A program made the position numbers and the translations under genes. The notes beneath the pieces were generated by a model. It ran no database searches and was not told the origin of the DNA. It worked only from the letters and a program-made list of their open reading frames with translations. DNA of 64,000 bases from Owenia fusiformis (taxonomy: Eukaryota), in NCBI GenBank assembly GCA_903813345.2, contig CAIIXF020000001.1:44020001-44084000 (forward strand), read 5' to 3'. Positions 39,063 through 52,205 of this stretch are shown here, piece after piece (positions within the stretch are counted from its first letter, which is position 1; each line of letters begins with the position of its first letter).

Positions 39063-39770
39063 GTATGTGTAATTTTATTCTTTAATCTTCTTCCTATCGT
39101 GAATTGTATCGTTGCATAACATTTACATGTTTTTTTAATATGGCATAGTATTTTTCATTTTTCCACCTCATACTCATCAAGATGGTAATAAACTGGCAGC
39201 ACAATTCTGAAATTGAAGCAAGGCAGGGGTATGCTAAAAGAACCCCAGAGATGTAGTCAAAACATTAAATGTATAGGCACAAGGTATGATAATGAATTTC
39301 TGCATATCACCATTGAATATTGCCTAATAAAAAACACAGATACATCTGAACAACATTGTAGGAGGGAGTCTTCTGTAAGAAGGTGTCAAAAGCTGAAATG
39401 TTCATCATTTGTTCATGTTAAGTAAATCATAAGCATTTCACATGTTGAAAACACACAACACAGAGAGTAGAGACAATCTTTTTACGAGTGCTGACATTAT
39501 GTTGATGAATGGAAGCCATCAACGATAAAAGCTACATAACTGCATTCTTTGTAGATTCAAACCATCCATTTCTTCCAAATCATAAAAGGAATTCTGTATT
39601 ACATTATTACTTGAAGTTTGGATGAGGGGAAGAGGGGATTACAGGACTGAGGATATGGGTTCAAAAATACAATAGAGATGGGAGTAAGATTGAAGCAAAA
39701 ACAATGTTAGAGACTATTTTTGAAACAATTTACCTATTGCTATGAAAGCCACGTGAAATCTCCTGTTTGA

Positions 39771-40035
39771 GAACCCCTGTTCTAGCCTTGTGGGATTGAT
39801 TTTGGATATGCCTAATAACAAAGTTCTACTGGTTGGGGTTTAATCAACAAATGTTCTGAGAAAATGACGATTTTAGCAAGGGTAGATATTGCGCCATTGA
39901 CTTAAGATGGGAATATTTTCATATCCCTAGTATGTTATCATAGAGATATCATGGAATCCTTAATTATTATCTCAGAAGAACACTGGTTGATCGAGTCTCA
40001 ACCAGTTGATTTATGTTACTGGATTTATATGTATT
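39771..40035. mobile_element. Decayed copy of the 56732-57091 foldback family
   Basis: Shares TCCTGTTT.AGAAC.CCT, GAGAAAAT..GATTT.AGCAAGGGTA and CTCAGAAGAAC...GTTGATCGAGTCT with the 56.7-kb element. Confidence 0.6.
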
Positions 40036-40070
40036 TTCAGTTCTAATATCCTAGATGCTAGATGATTTTA

Positions 40071-40300
40071 TTTTCTTTGAAAATGTGACTTCTAGGTCGT
40101 GGAGATTCCCCATAGCCCCTATGTTGGAAAATCACAAAAATGGAAATATCTTTTCTTGTTTTGGGCAGATAAAATTTTCTTATACTGGACATATTTTAAT
40201 TTGTATAACTATCAGATACATAAGGGTAATATGAAAAGTGAACCACTAAAACTGATAAATATTCAAGTTTAAGGGAATTTTGTAATACCCTGCCATGTTA
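40071..40300 (+). repeat. Dispersed repeat, same family as the starts of the 60.6 and 62.7 kb units
   Basis: TTTTCTTTGAAAATGTGACTTCTAGGTC...TACTGGACATATTTT...CATAAGGGT...CCACTAAAACTGAT at 40071, 60631 and 62689. Confidence 0.8.
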
Positions 40301-42145
40301 TTTCCCCCGAATCAGCCACCTGGTGGCGAAACTGGTAACTACCTACTCCCATCTGAGTAATTGGTTGGAATGGTGGTTCTTATACACGAGACTTTAGCTG
40401 AACTGAGGTCTTTCTGAAAATTTTGTTTGCCCCTAGATCAAGGGGCAAAGCAATCTTATTGGAGAATATAGGGGACGGGAGGGAAAATGCTAGTGAAATA
40501 AATTAATAAACAATTGAAATTATAGAAACATCTGCAGTTAAAACAAAATGAATAAGAGCAATATTTTTATTGGGGTTATTATCTATGATTTCCAAGTAAA
40601 TGATTTCCTGTGTTGCAGATTTGTCTGAGAAAGTAAAAAGATGGGAGATTGTAAAAGTAAGATTGAAGCAAAAATGAAATGAGAGACTATTTTTGAAACA
40701 ATTTACCTATTGTTATGATTACATATGGTTTAAACATCACCTTTAAATTAGTGGTTACCTATGCTTTGATAGATTAATAGATAACTGCAACTTTAATGCT
40801 GGAATCAGCCAAGGCCCAATCAGTTGTAAACTTATATAATAAAAAGAAACAAAAAACAAACTGAACTTATTTAATTAATGCTATCTGTACTATTTACATA
40901 CTCTTTAAAGGTGCAACAATTAGTGCAGGGGGGCAATTCAACGATCATAGACCAGTGTCAAAATATATTTAAGTTTGGATATTTCATCAAGACTAACATA
41001 TATTTTATTATCTACAAAGAAACCCCCTGGATGAACGTTACTTCAGCTGATATTCCTCTTGAAACGTGGTGAATCTTAAAAATCTATACGTGGGACTCCC
41101 TTTATATAAGCTTTGAACTGAATTTACACTTCTCAATGCTGAAATTGAGAGTTTAAGAAAATAGGTATGTCAAAGAAGATGTGAAGCCAAATTCGAATTT
41201 TCTCTCTATAGTCCTTGTTTGCCCCTTTAATTATTACAGGTATTCTCTTTTGATTACCTATACTATTTAAGGTTATGGTTACATAGACTATTAGCCAGGT
41301 TAGGGAACAGGGAGGAAACCTTATTTTTATATAGTCTAGACACATATAGACACAACCTCACCATGATAATATTCAAAAATCTATTTGAATTAAAGGTTCA
41401 TGGATTTGATAAGACTCACCAAGTGTAAGACTTGCCACACATCGTTTCTTTAATTTTGAAAGGATTTCGTAAAAAAACAAAAACAATATTAAAAGAGATC
41501 TAATTATGTGCTACCCACTTCTCTCATGTTGATTTTTTAATGATCTCATATATGGCAGTATTTGTGTTTTTACCAAAGTGCCTTTGTTGATAAGATTGGC
41601 AAAAGCACCCATTTAAGAAAAAACAGGCCTGAATCCTGGCTTTCAAAAATAAGATCTGTGAGGATGATTGAGAACATTTGTTAAGTTTCTTTAGGAGCCA
41701 AATATCATGTACTTCATTATTTCCTGATGATTATGTTGGGGGGGGGGGGGGGGTTGGGTGATAGAAGGCCTTGTAGGCGATATTGTTACTTTAATCATAA
41801 ATATGATTAAAGAATAAGGGTAGCGGTGGTCTGATCCTTTGTTGAATTAGTTGTATAAAAGGAAATTTTGAACTGCTCCCTTACTTTCAAAGCGAACCAG
41901 TGCAAGAAAAGAAGAAATCCACTTTCCTCACCTTGATTATAAAACAGACGCTGACCAGAATGTAAGCTATTTTCAGAACAAAACACAACACATGGAGCTT
42001 TTATAAACCAGAGAACATCTTCTCAATCCTTCAACCATCATCACAACATGTTTTATATCTTAGGGTTTGACTGTTATTTCTAATCAAGGTACATTTAAAT
42101 ACTTATTAATTAGAATAGCTGTATATTGAACACCAATACTATAAG

Positions 42146-42552
42146 TTATTGAATGATTTGAAGTGCAGTACAGAATATATTCTACTCAAGAAATTCTGTA
42201 TTGGAACGAAACAAAGTCGAGAGCCAATACAGAATATCGAGAGCAGAATTATCCTGTATTGCACTTCACATCATTCTATTGTGTGGTCCTAGGCCAATAT
42301 ATTTTACTTAGGAGATAATCCCTAGAAATATTGTGTATTCTCTGTATTGCTACTGAGATTGTCCCCTCCGTACCAATATTTTCTGTGTTGCTACGGAGAT
42401 GATCAACGGGGACAATCTCAGTAGCAATACAGATTGGTACAGCACATGAACTGACCAATCAGAAGGCTTCATTTTACAGATCATACGATAAAGATTGATA
42501 CAGCACAAGAACTGACCAATCAAGGGGCTTCATTTTTCAGAACATACGATAA
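42146..42552 (+). mobile_element. Double-hairpin non-autonomous element (Crypton-like), copy A
   Basis: Hairpin 1 at 42146-~42280 and hairpin 2 at ~42341-42432. The tail ACTGACCAATCAGAAGGCTTCATTTTACAGATCATACGATAAA is tandemly duplicated (42493-42552). Confidence 0.8.
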
Positions 42553-43199
42553 ATGTATATGTTAGTAAACTCTGTGCAAGTATAGTCACCTACTTTGCCA
42601 GTCATAAGCCCTCAAAGACTGGTTTCTGTGAATTATAATATGGCTGTGCTGTGCTCTGTGATTGGTTGAATGCAAAACTGTAAAATTATTGTTTGTAGTC
42701 AGAGGGTAATATATGAGCTGATTAATTCAGGGTTTTGCCAACAGGTTTAATTAAGATTGTTCGTTCGACTGACATATTATGCGTGTGCCTAAACAAAATC
42801 TGTCCAAAGTTTTCTAAACTATTTGGACAAGTTGCACTAAAGAGTTGCACTGAAGAAAAACGTTCATGTTTAACCTCAGCTGACTGAAGATTCTGACAAA
42901 TAATTAGAAACAAGACATTTCTGTACCTGTAAGCACTTGGTATGATTCACTAAAGATACCATTAATGTCTCTCTCGGTGTATTATTAGTTTCATTAGTAT
43001 ACTTGAAGAGCTAATATATTAATTGATCCATAATCAGATTTTAGTGATAATAGATCAAGTAGGATCTACCTGTTTCGAGAGATTGATTTAGCATCTTTAG
43101 AAGAGAGCCGTAATGTTTTTTACACATAGACTTTCATTGTATACCTAATATCATTCTAATATATGAAGAATTATCATAAACTAAGATAAAATGTGTTCA

Positions 43200-44830
43200 T
43201 GTTGGATCAATACTATCGATACCATGAAATAACCAATTCCCGGGCGATTGAAAACGAGAACCCTTTACTTCCGGTTTGAGAATTTGAAAAATTATTTCTA
43301 AAAATGACCTAGCTTTTGTTAATTCCTAGTGTAATTGGTGGCTTTGCACAACTATTGATAGAATAGAATCCATTGGAATGATCTTGACGAAGAAAGCATC
43401 ACGTAAAATCTTTGTTTTTAAACCATTCCAAGGCATTCCGAGTCAAAATTGCAAAAAAATTAAAATGCTGAAATTTGTCGGATAGCAAACTGAAATAGTT
43501 TCGAACCCCCTCCCTCCCTCTGATCTGACATCGAACTTTATTCAATCAGATCAAGGGCGTTACAATACCCGGGAATTTATCGGTTCGTGCAGTACTTGTT
43601 TGTGATAGCGCCATCTGCAGGTCACTGTGGTTATAGCCTACATAATACGGGGTAGGATATCGGGAATTCGGTGCAGTTTCTATCCGTCGATTACGCTATG
43701 AATTGAAGCAAGTGTGACCAATCTATCCACTTAAACAATTTGATAATTGATTAAATCGTTAAACAAAATCGATAAACACGTCATACACTTCCCATCTCCT
43801 TAGAAATTAGCATGTATTTATCGGATTGTGTTTTCAGACGATGCTCGACCCAGACCACTAGGGAAATCCTTATGCTAATTAGTATGACGTCATATTTTCC
43901 TGGGGAATCCTAGATTTCAAAGCCTTGGTCTTTTATTGTGTCAAATTGAAACGTTCTTTTGCAGACAGAAAATTGACAGATTAGCTTTTAACTTTCAGCT
44001 TTGATGTTTAAATATTCTATATTTCTTCCAGACTTCTTGCTGAATATCATATAATGTTATAACTTGATTTGGATTTTGGACGATTGCCTGATTGATCCTT
44101 TCTGAAATTTTGATTGTGATTGATTGATTGGCAAGAAAAATAATTCCTACTGTTTTCAGCGAAGTCTAAATGTTACAGCATAAATTATAATAAGTGGGAA
44201 GTAGAATAAAGGATGGGCGGGGCCAGGGGATTGGTGGCCCTACCAGCCCCACCAATATTCACACGCATACACATAAGAGACAAACACACCCAGGCTCCAG
44301 GCCGTGATGGAAATATAAAACTATTTAGGGCACAAAATGGTATTTATAGACCGATATATAGTGAATCCGCCATGTATTGAAGGTAAAACAATCTGCATTA
44401 TTGTTACTTCTATCAATACATGGATTGTGCAATGGAAAAGCAATGGCACAATCAAAAATGTGCATATCAATCGTGAATATCTCTCGGTTCAAAGCTTAAT
44501 TCCAACAGAATCGTGTCAAAATATGTTTCTGAATAACAGTTATACATTATAAGATCGCAAACTCTTACAAATTATCAGCCGAATGGCTAATTTTCAACGA
44601 AATGTCCTTAAGACAACAGCCCTGGGTCGCGCCTATGACGAAAATAAGCTTGAATATCCCTCCCCTAAATAATATTGATAATCACATTTATGCGTGCGCG
44701 CGCAGCTCGTCCACTGAACGAAACGCCACTTCCCGCTGAAATCACCGGGTATTGATCTTTCCCTTGATCAGATAAGGTGAATCAAAAAGTTTTCAAGTCA
44801 GATTTGCAGTCATGGAAGTTATGCCTTTCT
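43200..44830. mobile_element. CpG-rich transposon-derived region, boundaries uncertain
   Basis: CpG-dense blocks at 43200-43920 and 44540-44800. A diverged inverted pair TCTGACATCGAACTTTATTCAATCAGATCAAGGG..CAATACCCGG (~43525-43572) matches ~44743-44801. Confidence 0.35.
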
Positions 44831-46594
44831 AAGTAGCTCATATATTAGTCTATATATTTCAAATTCTGTTTTGGAGTTAAACGTATTTAGAGGCTTTAGA
44901 TCTCAACATCATCAACACCCTAAAATTATTTATCATAGTAATTAATTTCCACTATACTAAAAACTGTATAATTGACCTATATGCAAGCTAGTTGCACAGG
45001 ACCAACCAAGATTCAGTCAATTCTTTGACAATCTAGCCCCTTGGATTTCATCAAAATTCTTATTTTAATCAAATATAAGTTTTGATAAAAAGTTCTTAAT
45101 CCATCTGATATTAGATTTCTTAGAGAGGTTTGAAAGGTAATATTTGCTAGAAATGTATTTTGGCTGAGAAATAAGGGATAGAACTGACCATTTTTGGCTA
45201 TAAATTTTATTTTTGAATTGTCTTAGAGGGTGACCTGGTCAGCCTGACCTTGGTTGTGTACATGTATAGGCACTCAATTTCACTTCACTAAAAATAGGAC
45301 TGTCAATCAAATCTTGAATTGATCAGAGATAAGAATGGAAATTGGATATGTTGACTTTGTTTTTCTGTATACTACTTACTATGTTAGAAAAAAATCAAGT
45401 TTGGATATCTTGATGAATGTAGAGATATTAGAATTAATATTTTTGATAAAAATGTACATGTTTTTGTACATAAGTGCAAAGCTTTGAATTCTATTTTTAG
45501 CAACCGACTTGTTAAATCTGAAATACATATTTGGGGAAGGGTTGTCTGCATGGAAGGCTTCTCCCTTTGGATACAATGGTAATCAATGAAGGGGTGAATG
45601 TGAGGTTTGGGTGCATTTAAAAAAAAGTTGAATGAACTTGAATTTACCTTTTTTAAAAAACTTTTTTTGAAAAAAATCTAACTTCCAACAAGTCTGTTTT
45701 ACAGTATGAAGGTTGGGTTGTCTAGTAGTTGTAGTGCAAAATGTTTGAAATGACCCCCCTGGTCATATTCATAAGAAATTATTTCAGAAAATGCACAAAT
45801 TGTGACATTTACTGTACTGCAGTTGACCTCCAGAATGTGATGTAAATATGACAATGCCTTTTAAAGAATAAGGTTAAATACAAAAATTGAGCTAAACCAT
45901 TCAATTTGATTTTAAAAAGTATATTATATTACTTATGAGTCTTATGAGTCTGAGAAGTAGACTTAAGTAAGATATCTCAATTAAGTCTTTTATCATTGAT
46001 CTGAGGCAAATCTACTTCATGCTTTTACTTTACTGTATTTGCTATATTTTATGTAAGAACATAGAACACATTTCTTGGTACATCTGAAAAAACGCACTTA
46101 ACAAATCTTCTACAAAGCAATAAACTATGCCAGCTTTTTCCTAGTTTTAAGATCACCTGTTAAAACTTCATCTTTTTGCCAAGAATAATTGTAGTTGCCA
46201 TGGAAACACCAATATTTTTTGTCAATTATTCAGCTGAGAGAAACTGTATAATAGTTAGCGCATTCATAGATGGTTACTAGCCCCAGAGATATTGGCTTGG
46301 ATCATTAGGGATAATAAAACAACACATGTGTGATCTATTTAGTGATCTATTTCATAAGGTTTATAGAAAACTGATGTAATTTAAGTTTTTCCTTCATGTA
46401 GCAGTAGAAAAGACATTAGACTGGTTGTTACTGATAGTTTACAGTGTTGGAGTTTGAGGGTTGATTTGGTTGCCAGGTAAATACAAACATCTTACTATGA
46501 TTCTGTAAGTACAATATATATTGCAATTGTCAAGATGAACACTTTAAGGGTGAATTGGTGTCATTAATAGTTTACACATCTGAAATATTAATAT

Positions 46595-46900
46595 TTATCG
46601 TATGATCTGTAAAATGAAGCCCTCTGATTGGTCAGTTCTTGTGCTGTACCAATCTGTATTGCTACTGAGATTGTCCCCCCATTGATCATCTCCGTCGCAA
46701 TACAGAAAATATTGGTATGGAGCGGACAATCTCAGTAGCAATACGGAGGATCACACAATAAAAACGTTATTGAATGATTTGAAGTGCAATACAGGATATA
46801 TTCTGTCTCGATATTCTGTATTGGCACTCGACTTTGTCTCGTTCCAATACGGAATTTCTCAAGCAATATATCCTGTATTGCACCTCAAATCATTCAATAA
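46595..46900 (-). mobile_element. Double-hairpin non-autonomous element, copy B (inverted relative to copy A)
   Basis: The reverse complement of 46595-46760 matches 42341-42492. 46767-46900 is the TTATTGAATGATTTGAAGTGCA...TGCACCTCAAATCATTCAATAA hairpin. Confidence 0.85.
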
Positions 46901-47224
46901 TATATTGTATTGTTTGTATTGTAATGTATTGTATTGTATTGTTTTGTGGATTATGATGCCTTCTGGTTTCTTAAGTATGTTGCGTTTCAGATTTTCCAAA
47001 AGAAAAACATGTTTTTCAACTTTGTAGTTGCATAGGATTTGATTATATATTCAAATTAACTAATGGTCTATATGGCTTTGCACTTAAACCTCTTCTAGTT
47101 GCATATTTTCAATTTGCCTTTGGATCATGTCGGTTAAATGTAGATTTATATAAATGCCAGACTTAAATCATGAAGCCTCAGAAGCAAAAGTGAGAAAAGG
47201 ATTTACAGATAGTGATATTGTTAG

Positions 47225-47657
47225 TTATTCCATAGTTAGCATGATATTCATAGGATAACATGTGAAAATAAAAACGGTATTTTTGTAATCAGTGGTAAAA
47301 TATGATATTTTTGACAAATTTTCACTTAACCATAACATACGGTTTTTTAGCCATGACATACGACGTCGTATGCGATGGTTTATGGATTTTTGCTACTTCA
47401 GACTCAAAACGAGGCTAAGTGTCAACATCGCCGGATCGTTTGGAAATTTGAATTAAAGAACTTAATTTCCGACGATTCTGATGATGACTTTAGGCTTAAC
47501 TATGGAATAAAAAGAACATCCTATGATTTACTCGTGATATGATTTTAATCCACTCATGGATATTTTATATCTACACTCTCTCGCTACGCTCGCTCGTGCA
47601 GATATCATATCCATTCGTGGATAAAAATCATATCATAAATCATAGGATATCCTCTAT
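47225..47657. mobile_element. Hairpin-terminated non-autonomous element
   Basis: Inverted TTATTCCATAGTTA (47225) / TAACTATGGAATAA (~47497-47510), followed by a hairpin at ~47511-47657 with centre TCGCTACGCTCG (GCGTAGC on the minus strand). Confidence 0.65.
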
Positions 47658-48316
47658 TTCTGTTTGTCATCACATAACCTGTATGTAATGGTATAACCAA
47701 TAAGGCTTATTATCTGTTCATAACAAGATGAATTGAGAACTGCAGAAAGAAGAAATGTTATCTACTGCAATGGAGTCAAGTGTTAACCATAAATTATGAC
47801 ATATATCGGCCCCTCATTCTTTTTCAAATATTTCATCTTAGGTAGTGCTTAATTCAGCTTACAGAAAAATGAAGAATATATTGTTTTCATCATATTATTT
47901 GAGAATGTTTGTTTTACTGACGCATACAAGGAACTTTAACTTTCATTTTTGGACAAGATAAAAGCTGCTAATGTTACCACAATGAAAATGTCAAAAATAG
48001 AACATATTTTACTTATTTTCTGCTTAGATTGTGGTTTCCATAGCAACCATGAATCATAGAAGAATAAAACTTGCTATGCTATCTCACAATGACCCCAGCA
48101 TCTCTATAAAAATATTAGGAAAATTAATGATCAACATAATGTGATATTGTATGATGACAAAGTTCCCTGAGAGACTTTCAATATAAGGGGCTAAATACCT
48201 CTTGTACTGCTGTTTCCATGGATACAGTATATCTGAGGACAATTTACTGAAATAATGTGGTTGAGTTATTACGACCAACCAGGCATGAAACAGGGCACTG
48301 AAGGCATGTAGAATTT

Positions 48317-48519
48317 CAGGCCCGTAGCCAGGATTTTCCAAGGGGGGTTCAGTTTTCAAAAATTTCCAGGGGGGTTCACATTTGACAATTTTGGTCCAAA
48401 TACGGCTAAAATCACTTGAGAAGTGCACAAAATGGTGACTAACTGCATGATTTTGAAAGAATTTTTGGCCAGGGGGGGGGTTGCCCGAACCCTGCAAACC
48501 CCCCTTGGCTACGGGCCTG
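48317..48519. mobile_element. MITE with CAGGCCCGTAGCC TIRs and 5-bp TSD (AATTT)
   Basis: CAGGCCCGTAGCCA ... TGGCTACGGGCCTG, flanked by AATTT at 48312-16 and 48520-24. Shares AACTGCATGATTTTGAAAGAATTT with the 16.3-kb copy. Confidence 0.88.
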
Positions 48520-50059
48520 AATTTTTAAAACTTTTTTCACTTGAAACAAATGATTGCTTGGTGAAATTTTGACAGCAAATAACAATGTTATTTCTTATAT
48601 TACTTAAACATATATCTTAGGTTTTCCAGTCTAACCACTCGAGCTATGTAACATAGGCTTTATTCAAAAATACATGTAAATATAGAAAACTTTTCAAAAA
48701 AGAAAAAAGGAGGTTACTATTTGAATGACTTTCTTATTATTTATCCAACAAATAAGAGAAAAGTTCAGCTCACTTATTGAACAACCCTTGTATCCTGTTT
48801 GCTTTTAGCTGATGAATGTATCAGTTGGGGCATCTAAACTAATTCTTCCTGAATCCCTGCTTTGATGTGCCTATATTTATATCATGTTATCTTGTTCTTG
48901 TGTATCCTAAATACCTTTCATCACTCAAGATGCTGTGTAGTATCTCTAAGAATACTGATAAATTATAAGAATAGAAAAATTACCTGGATTCTCTACAGGT
49001 AAAATTATTACCTGTACTTGTTGGCCTCATTTTGTTCTTGTTTACTGCTGCTGACTGGCTACAAAACTGACTAATAAATAGACAATCAGTTAAAATATAA
49101 TAAATTAGACATTTATTATATTACCATATGATGTATGGTACCATAAATCATGAAAATTAGGCAGAAGTATTTTCACATTGTGCATTCAAATATGTTTTAA
49201 TAATTCATTTAGAATAATAATTCATAATTCATAATTTTCACATTTAATCTTTTCATTTTCATGATTATATACTGCAGTCCTTATTCAGGGAAAATATGAA
49301 TCATTATGTTTCATATGAATATTTTGATTTTCTGAGGAATTCAGTCACTCAGGAATATAATGTCTTTTTGTCACTGCTATAGCCACTATTTTTGTGATCA
49401 GTCTTTGGCATTAGTGCTCAATATTTGGTATTTGTAACAAATGGTTACACTTTTATAAATTGCAGCCAGGCGGTGATATTTTATCATGTGAATGGTTTGC
49501 TTAATTTCGTAGTTTGAATTTTGCTAATCCATAGTTGTTAAAAGATCAGTTCAGATTGTATCTTAACTAAGAACAATTGAAATTGTAAATATTTGTGAAC
49601 TGTGGCCTTTATGATCTCAACACATTCTAAGGTGGGGCTACATGTCATGGAAAAATAATGAGGTTGTAAAATTTGGGAATTTTAAACAGTTGTTTGAGAT
49701 AAGCTCATGGTTCAAAGATCAAACTACATTTAACAAATAACATATTTTACACCCAATTATTCTGAGGATTTACTCTGAAATGGGTTGTACTGTTATCGAA
49801 GCCTTCTTCTTGTAGGAGTAGCTACAGGGTCAGAATGAGGATAAGAAAGTGATTTGATACAAGATTCTTATCAAGATATTTAATCTTGATGATCCTCATA
49901 CTTTACTGAATTCCAAATATATCTTGAAGAAACATGAAAAACATATTTTCTTCACTTTTTTGACAACAGGGTATATTTCTATGTGTTGAATATTTTGTTT
50001 GATTTCAACTATTACTGAATCAAGTCACCATTTGTTGATTAAAATTTGTTTTATTTCAG

Positions 50060-50392
50060 CCATCCAGTCCCTTGACAATCTCAATGAGCAGGTGGTTCAG
50101 TACTCGGAGCCCGAGAGCTCCCTCAACGCAAACCTGGAATTTGGATTATCTGATGACCAAAAAGATAATTTGAAATCATCATTAGCATTGATGCGCCATC
50201 TTTTGTTGGATGCACAGAGAAAGTTTCGAAATATGGTCGATGAAAATAAACGTCTTGCTAGTAAAATTGATGGGACATTGCAAGTAGCCAATCATGAGGT
50301 ATTGTCTCTTAGGACGGAATTAGCTGACACAAATAAACGATTGCTAGAGATTAGCCAGGATGGAAGTATGGAGTCTGGTCACACCAATGATG
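50060..50392 (+). CDS. KAZN: Kazrin coding exon 2 (N-terminal coiled coil)
   Basis: Acceptor ttatttcag|, donor G|gtaagt. Encodes MVDENKRLASKIDGTLQVANHEVLSLRTELADTNKRLLEI, which resembles the vertebrate kazrin N-terminus as I recall it (MEDNKQLALRIDGAVQSASQEVTNLRAELTATNRRLAEL). Phase 1/1. Confidence 0.93.
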
Positions 50393-50736
50393 GTAAGTTA
50401 AGTTAATGAATATGAAAGAAATAACTAATTAACAACTTAGAATTAACATTTGAATTAACATATAGCGTAGATAGCCTTAAATAGCCATTTTGGTGATTTG
50501 TTCTTATTGATCAAAATGCTACTAACATCTACCTAGGTACATAATATTTTTATAAGTGTGAAACTGGTTCTGTTTGTGACATCATGTTTTTTCCCAGGGA
50601 ATCTTATTTTGCCACTTAGTTGCGAGTCACTTGTTACTTATCCATTTTCCACTGAATCTTTTTTAGTTAGAATAAAACAAATGGAAATTACTGAAATGGC
50701 AGTGTCAGCAAAATCTGTATTTCCTGTTTCCAGTGC

Positions 50737-52205
50737 TTTATTATCACATCGAACAAAGTTCGGAGGGATATAGGGAAAGCCTCCGTCCGTCCGTCTCCGT
50801 CCATCCGTCCGTACGTTTACTTAATAACTCGAAGTAGTAGAGCGATTTTGTTCATATTTGATATGTGAATACTATAAGCATGGCACACTGTCTAATGGCA
50901 CTTTTAATAGAAGGCGGCAATTTTTAAAAATGGCCGCCATTTTGAAAAAATGCCATGAATGCCGCCATTTTAACGTGTTTTACTATAACTCGAAAAGTAG
51001 TGGAGCGATTTTGTTCATATTTGGTATGTGAATATTATAATCATGGCACACTGGCCAAACTGCCCTAATTCACGTCACCATACTAGTCAATGGGCAAAAG
51101 GCCGCAAACGCCTGACTTTTTATCTCGAGTTATGGATTTATGTGGCCTCACTGGCCTATCTGAGGTTCTAAAGCTATGTCTAAGCTACATCTTGACAAAA
51201 AACTCAATAGGGGCCAATCATCTACTTTTTGAAATAATTGGTCAATTGTGACACTACCCCCTCTCTCTGCCGACACAAATTGAAATTCACAAAAATCAAG
51301 GCAAAATTAATGCGCCACTTGACTCGAAATTTTCCTTCAGATAACCCAAATAAACGCATTTTCAGAAGAAATGGCATGTTGTCATTGCAAAAAGATGACA
51401 ACTGTGCCTACATACTAGCTTACTGACTCGTCATGATCACAATTGTGTTGGGACTACATTTATTTTTGAATACTACTTTTTTCTATTCAGCGGAAGTGAC
51501 GTATTAGGGCATTTGGGCCACTGTCTAATGACACTTTTGGAAGAAGGTGGCCATTTTGACAAATGGCCGTCATTTTAACGTATTTTACTATAACTCGAAA
51601 AGTAGTGGAGCGATTTTGTTCATATTTGGTATGTGAATATTATAAGCATGGCACACTGTCTAATGACACTTTTGGTTGAAGGTGTGAAAAATAGCCGCCA
51701 TTTTAACTTATTTTATTATAACTCGAAAAGTAGTGGAGCGATTTTGTTCATATTGGGTATGTGAATATTATAAGCATGGCACACTGTCTAATGACACTTT
51801 TGGTTGAAGGTGTGAAAAATAGCCGCCATTTTAACTTATTTTATTATAACTCGAAAAGTAGTGGAGCGATTTTGTTCATATTGGGTATGTGAATACAATA
51901 AGCATGGCACACTGTCTAATGACACTTTTGGTAGAAGGTGGCCATTTTGAAAATGTCGCCATTTTGAAAAATGGCCGCCAATTTAACATATTTTACTATA
52001 ACTCGAAAAGTAGTGGAGCGATTTTGTTCATATTTGGTATGTGAATACTATAAGCATGGCACACTGTCTGATGACACTTTTGGTAGAAGTTGGTGGCCAT
52101 TTTGAAAAATGGCTGCCATTTTTGCTATATACTTTGTTTGTAAATATGCCAGCCATGGCTGTTCGATGGGATTTGCTACGCTTTGGCGTTGCTGTTGTCT
52201 AGTTT
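50737..52205 (+). mobile_element. Helentron-associated non-autonomous element (HINE/DINE-1/pearl-type) with internal tandem repeats
   Basis: 5' T-run, subTIR TCACATCGAAC (50744) with a local IR, and a (GTCC)n microsatellite at ~50782-50812. Six ~128-160-bp core repeats start ATAACTCGAA. The 3' end has subTIR GTTCGATGGGA (52161), a short stem-loop and CTAGTTT. Confidence 0.85.
51053..51519. mobile_element. MITE with GGCC termini and 3-bp TSD (PIF/Harbinger- or Zator-like), inserted in a HINE repeat unit
   Basis: ACT|GGCCAAACTGCCCTAAT ... ATTAGGGCATTTGGGCC|ACT. Removing it restores the host motif GGCACACTGTCTAATG seen in sibling units. Confidence 0.85.

Noticed and set aside
48084..48497. 137-aa minus-strand ORF
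   Set aside because: It starts inside a 203-bp MITE and runs into AT-rich intron; no recognisable domain.
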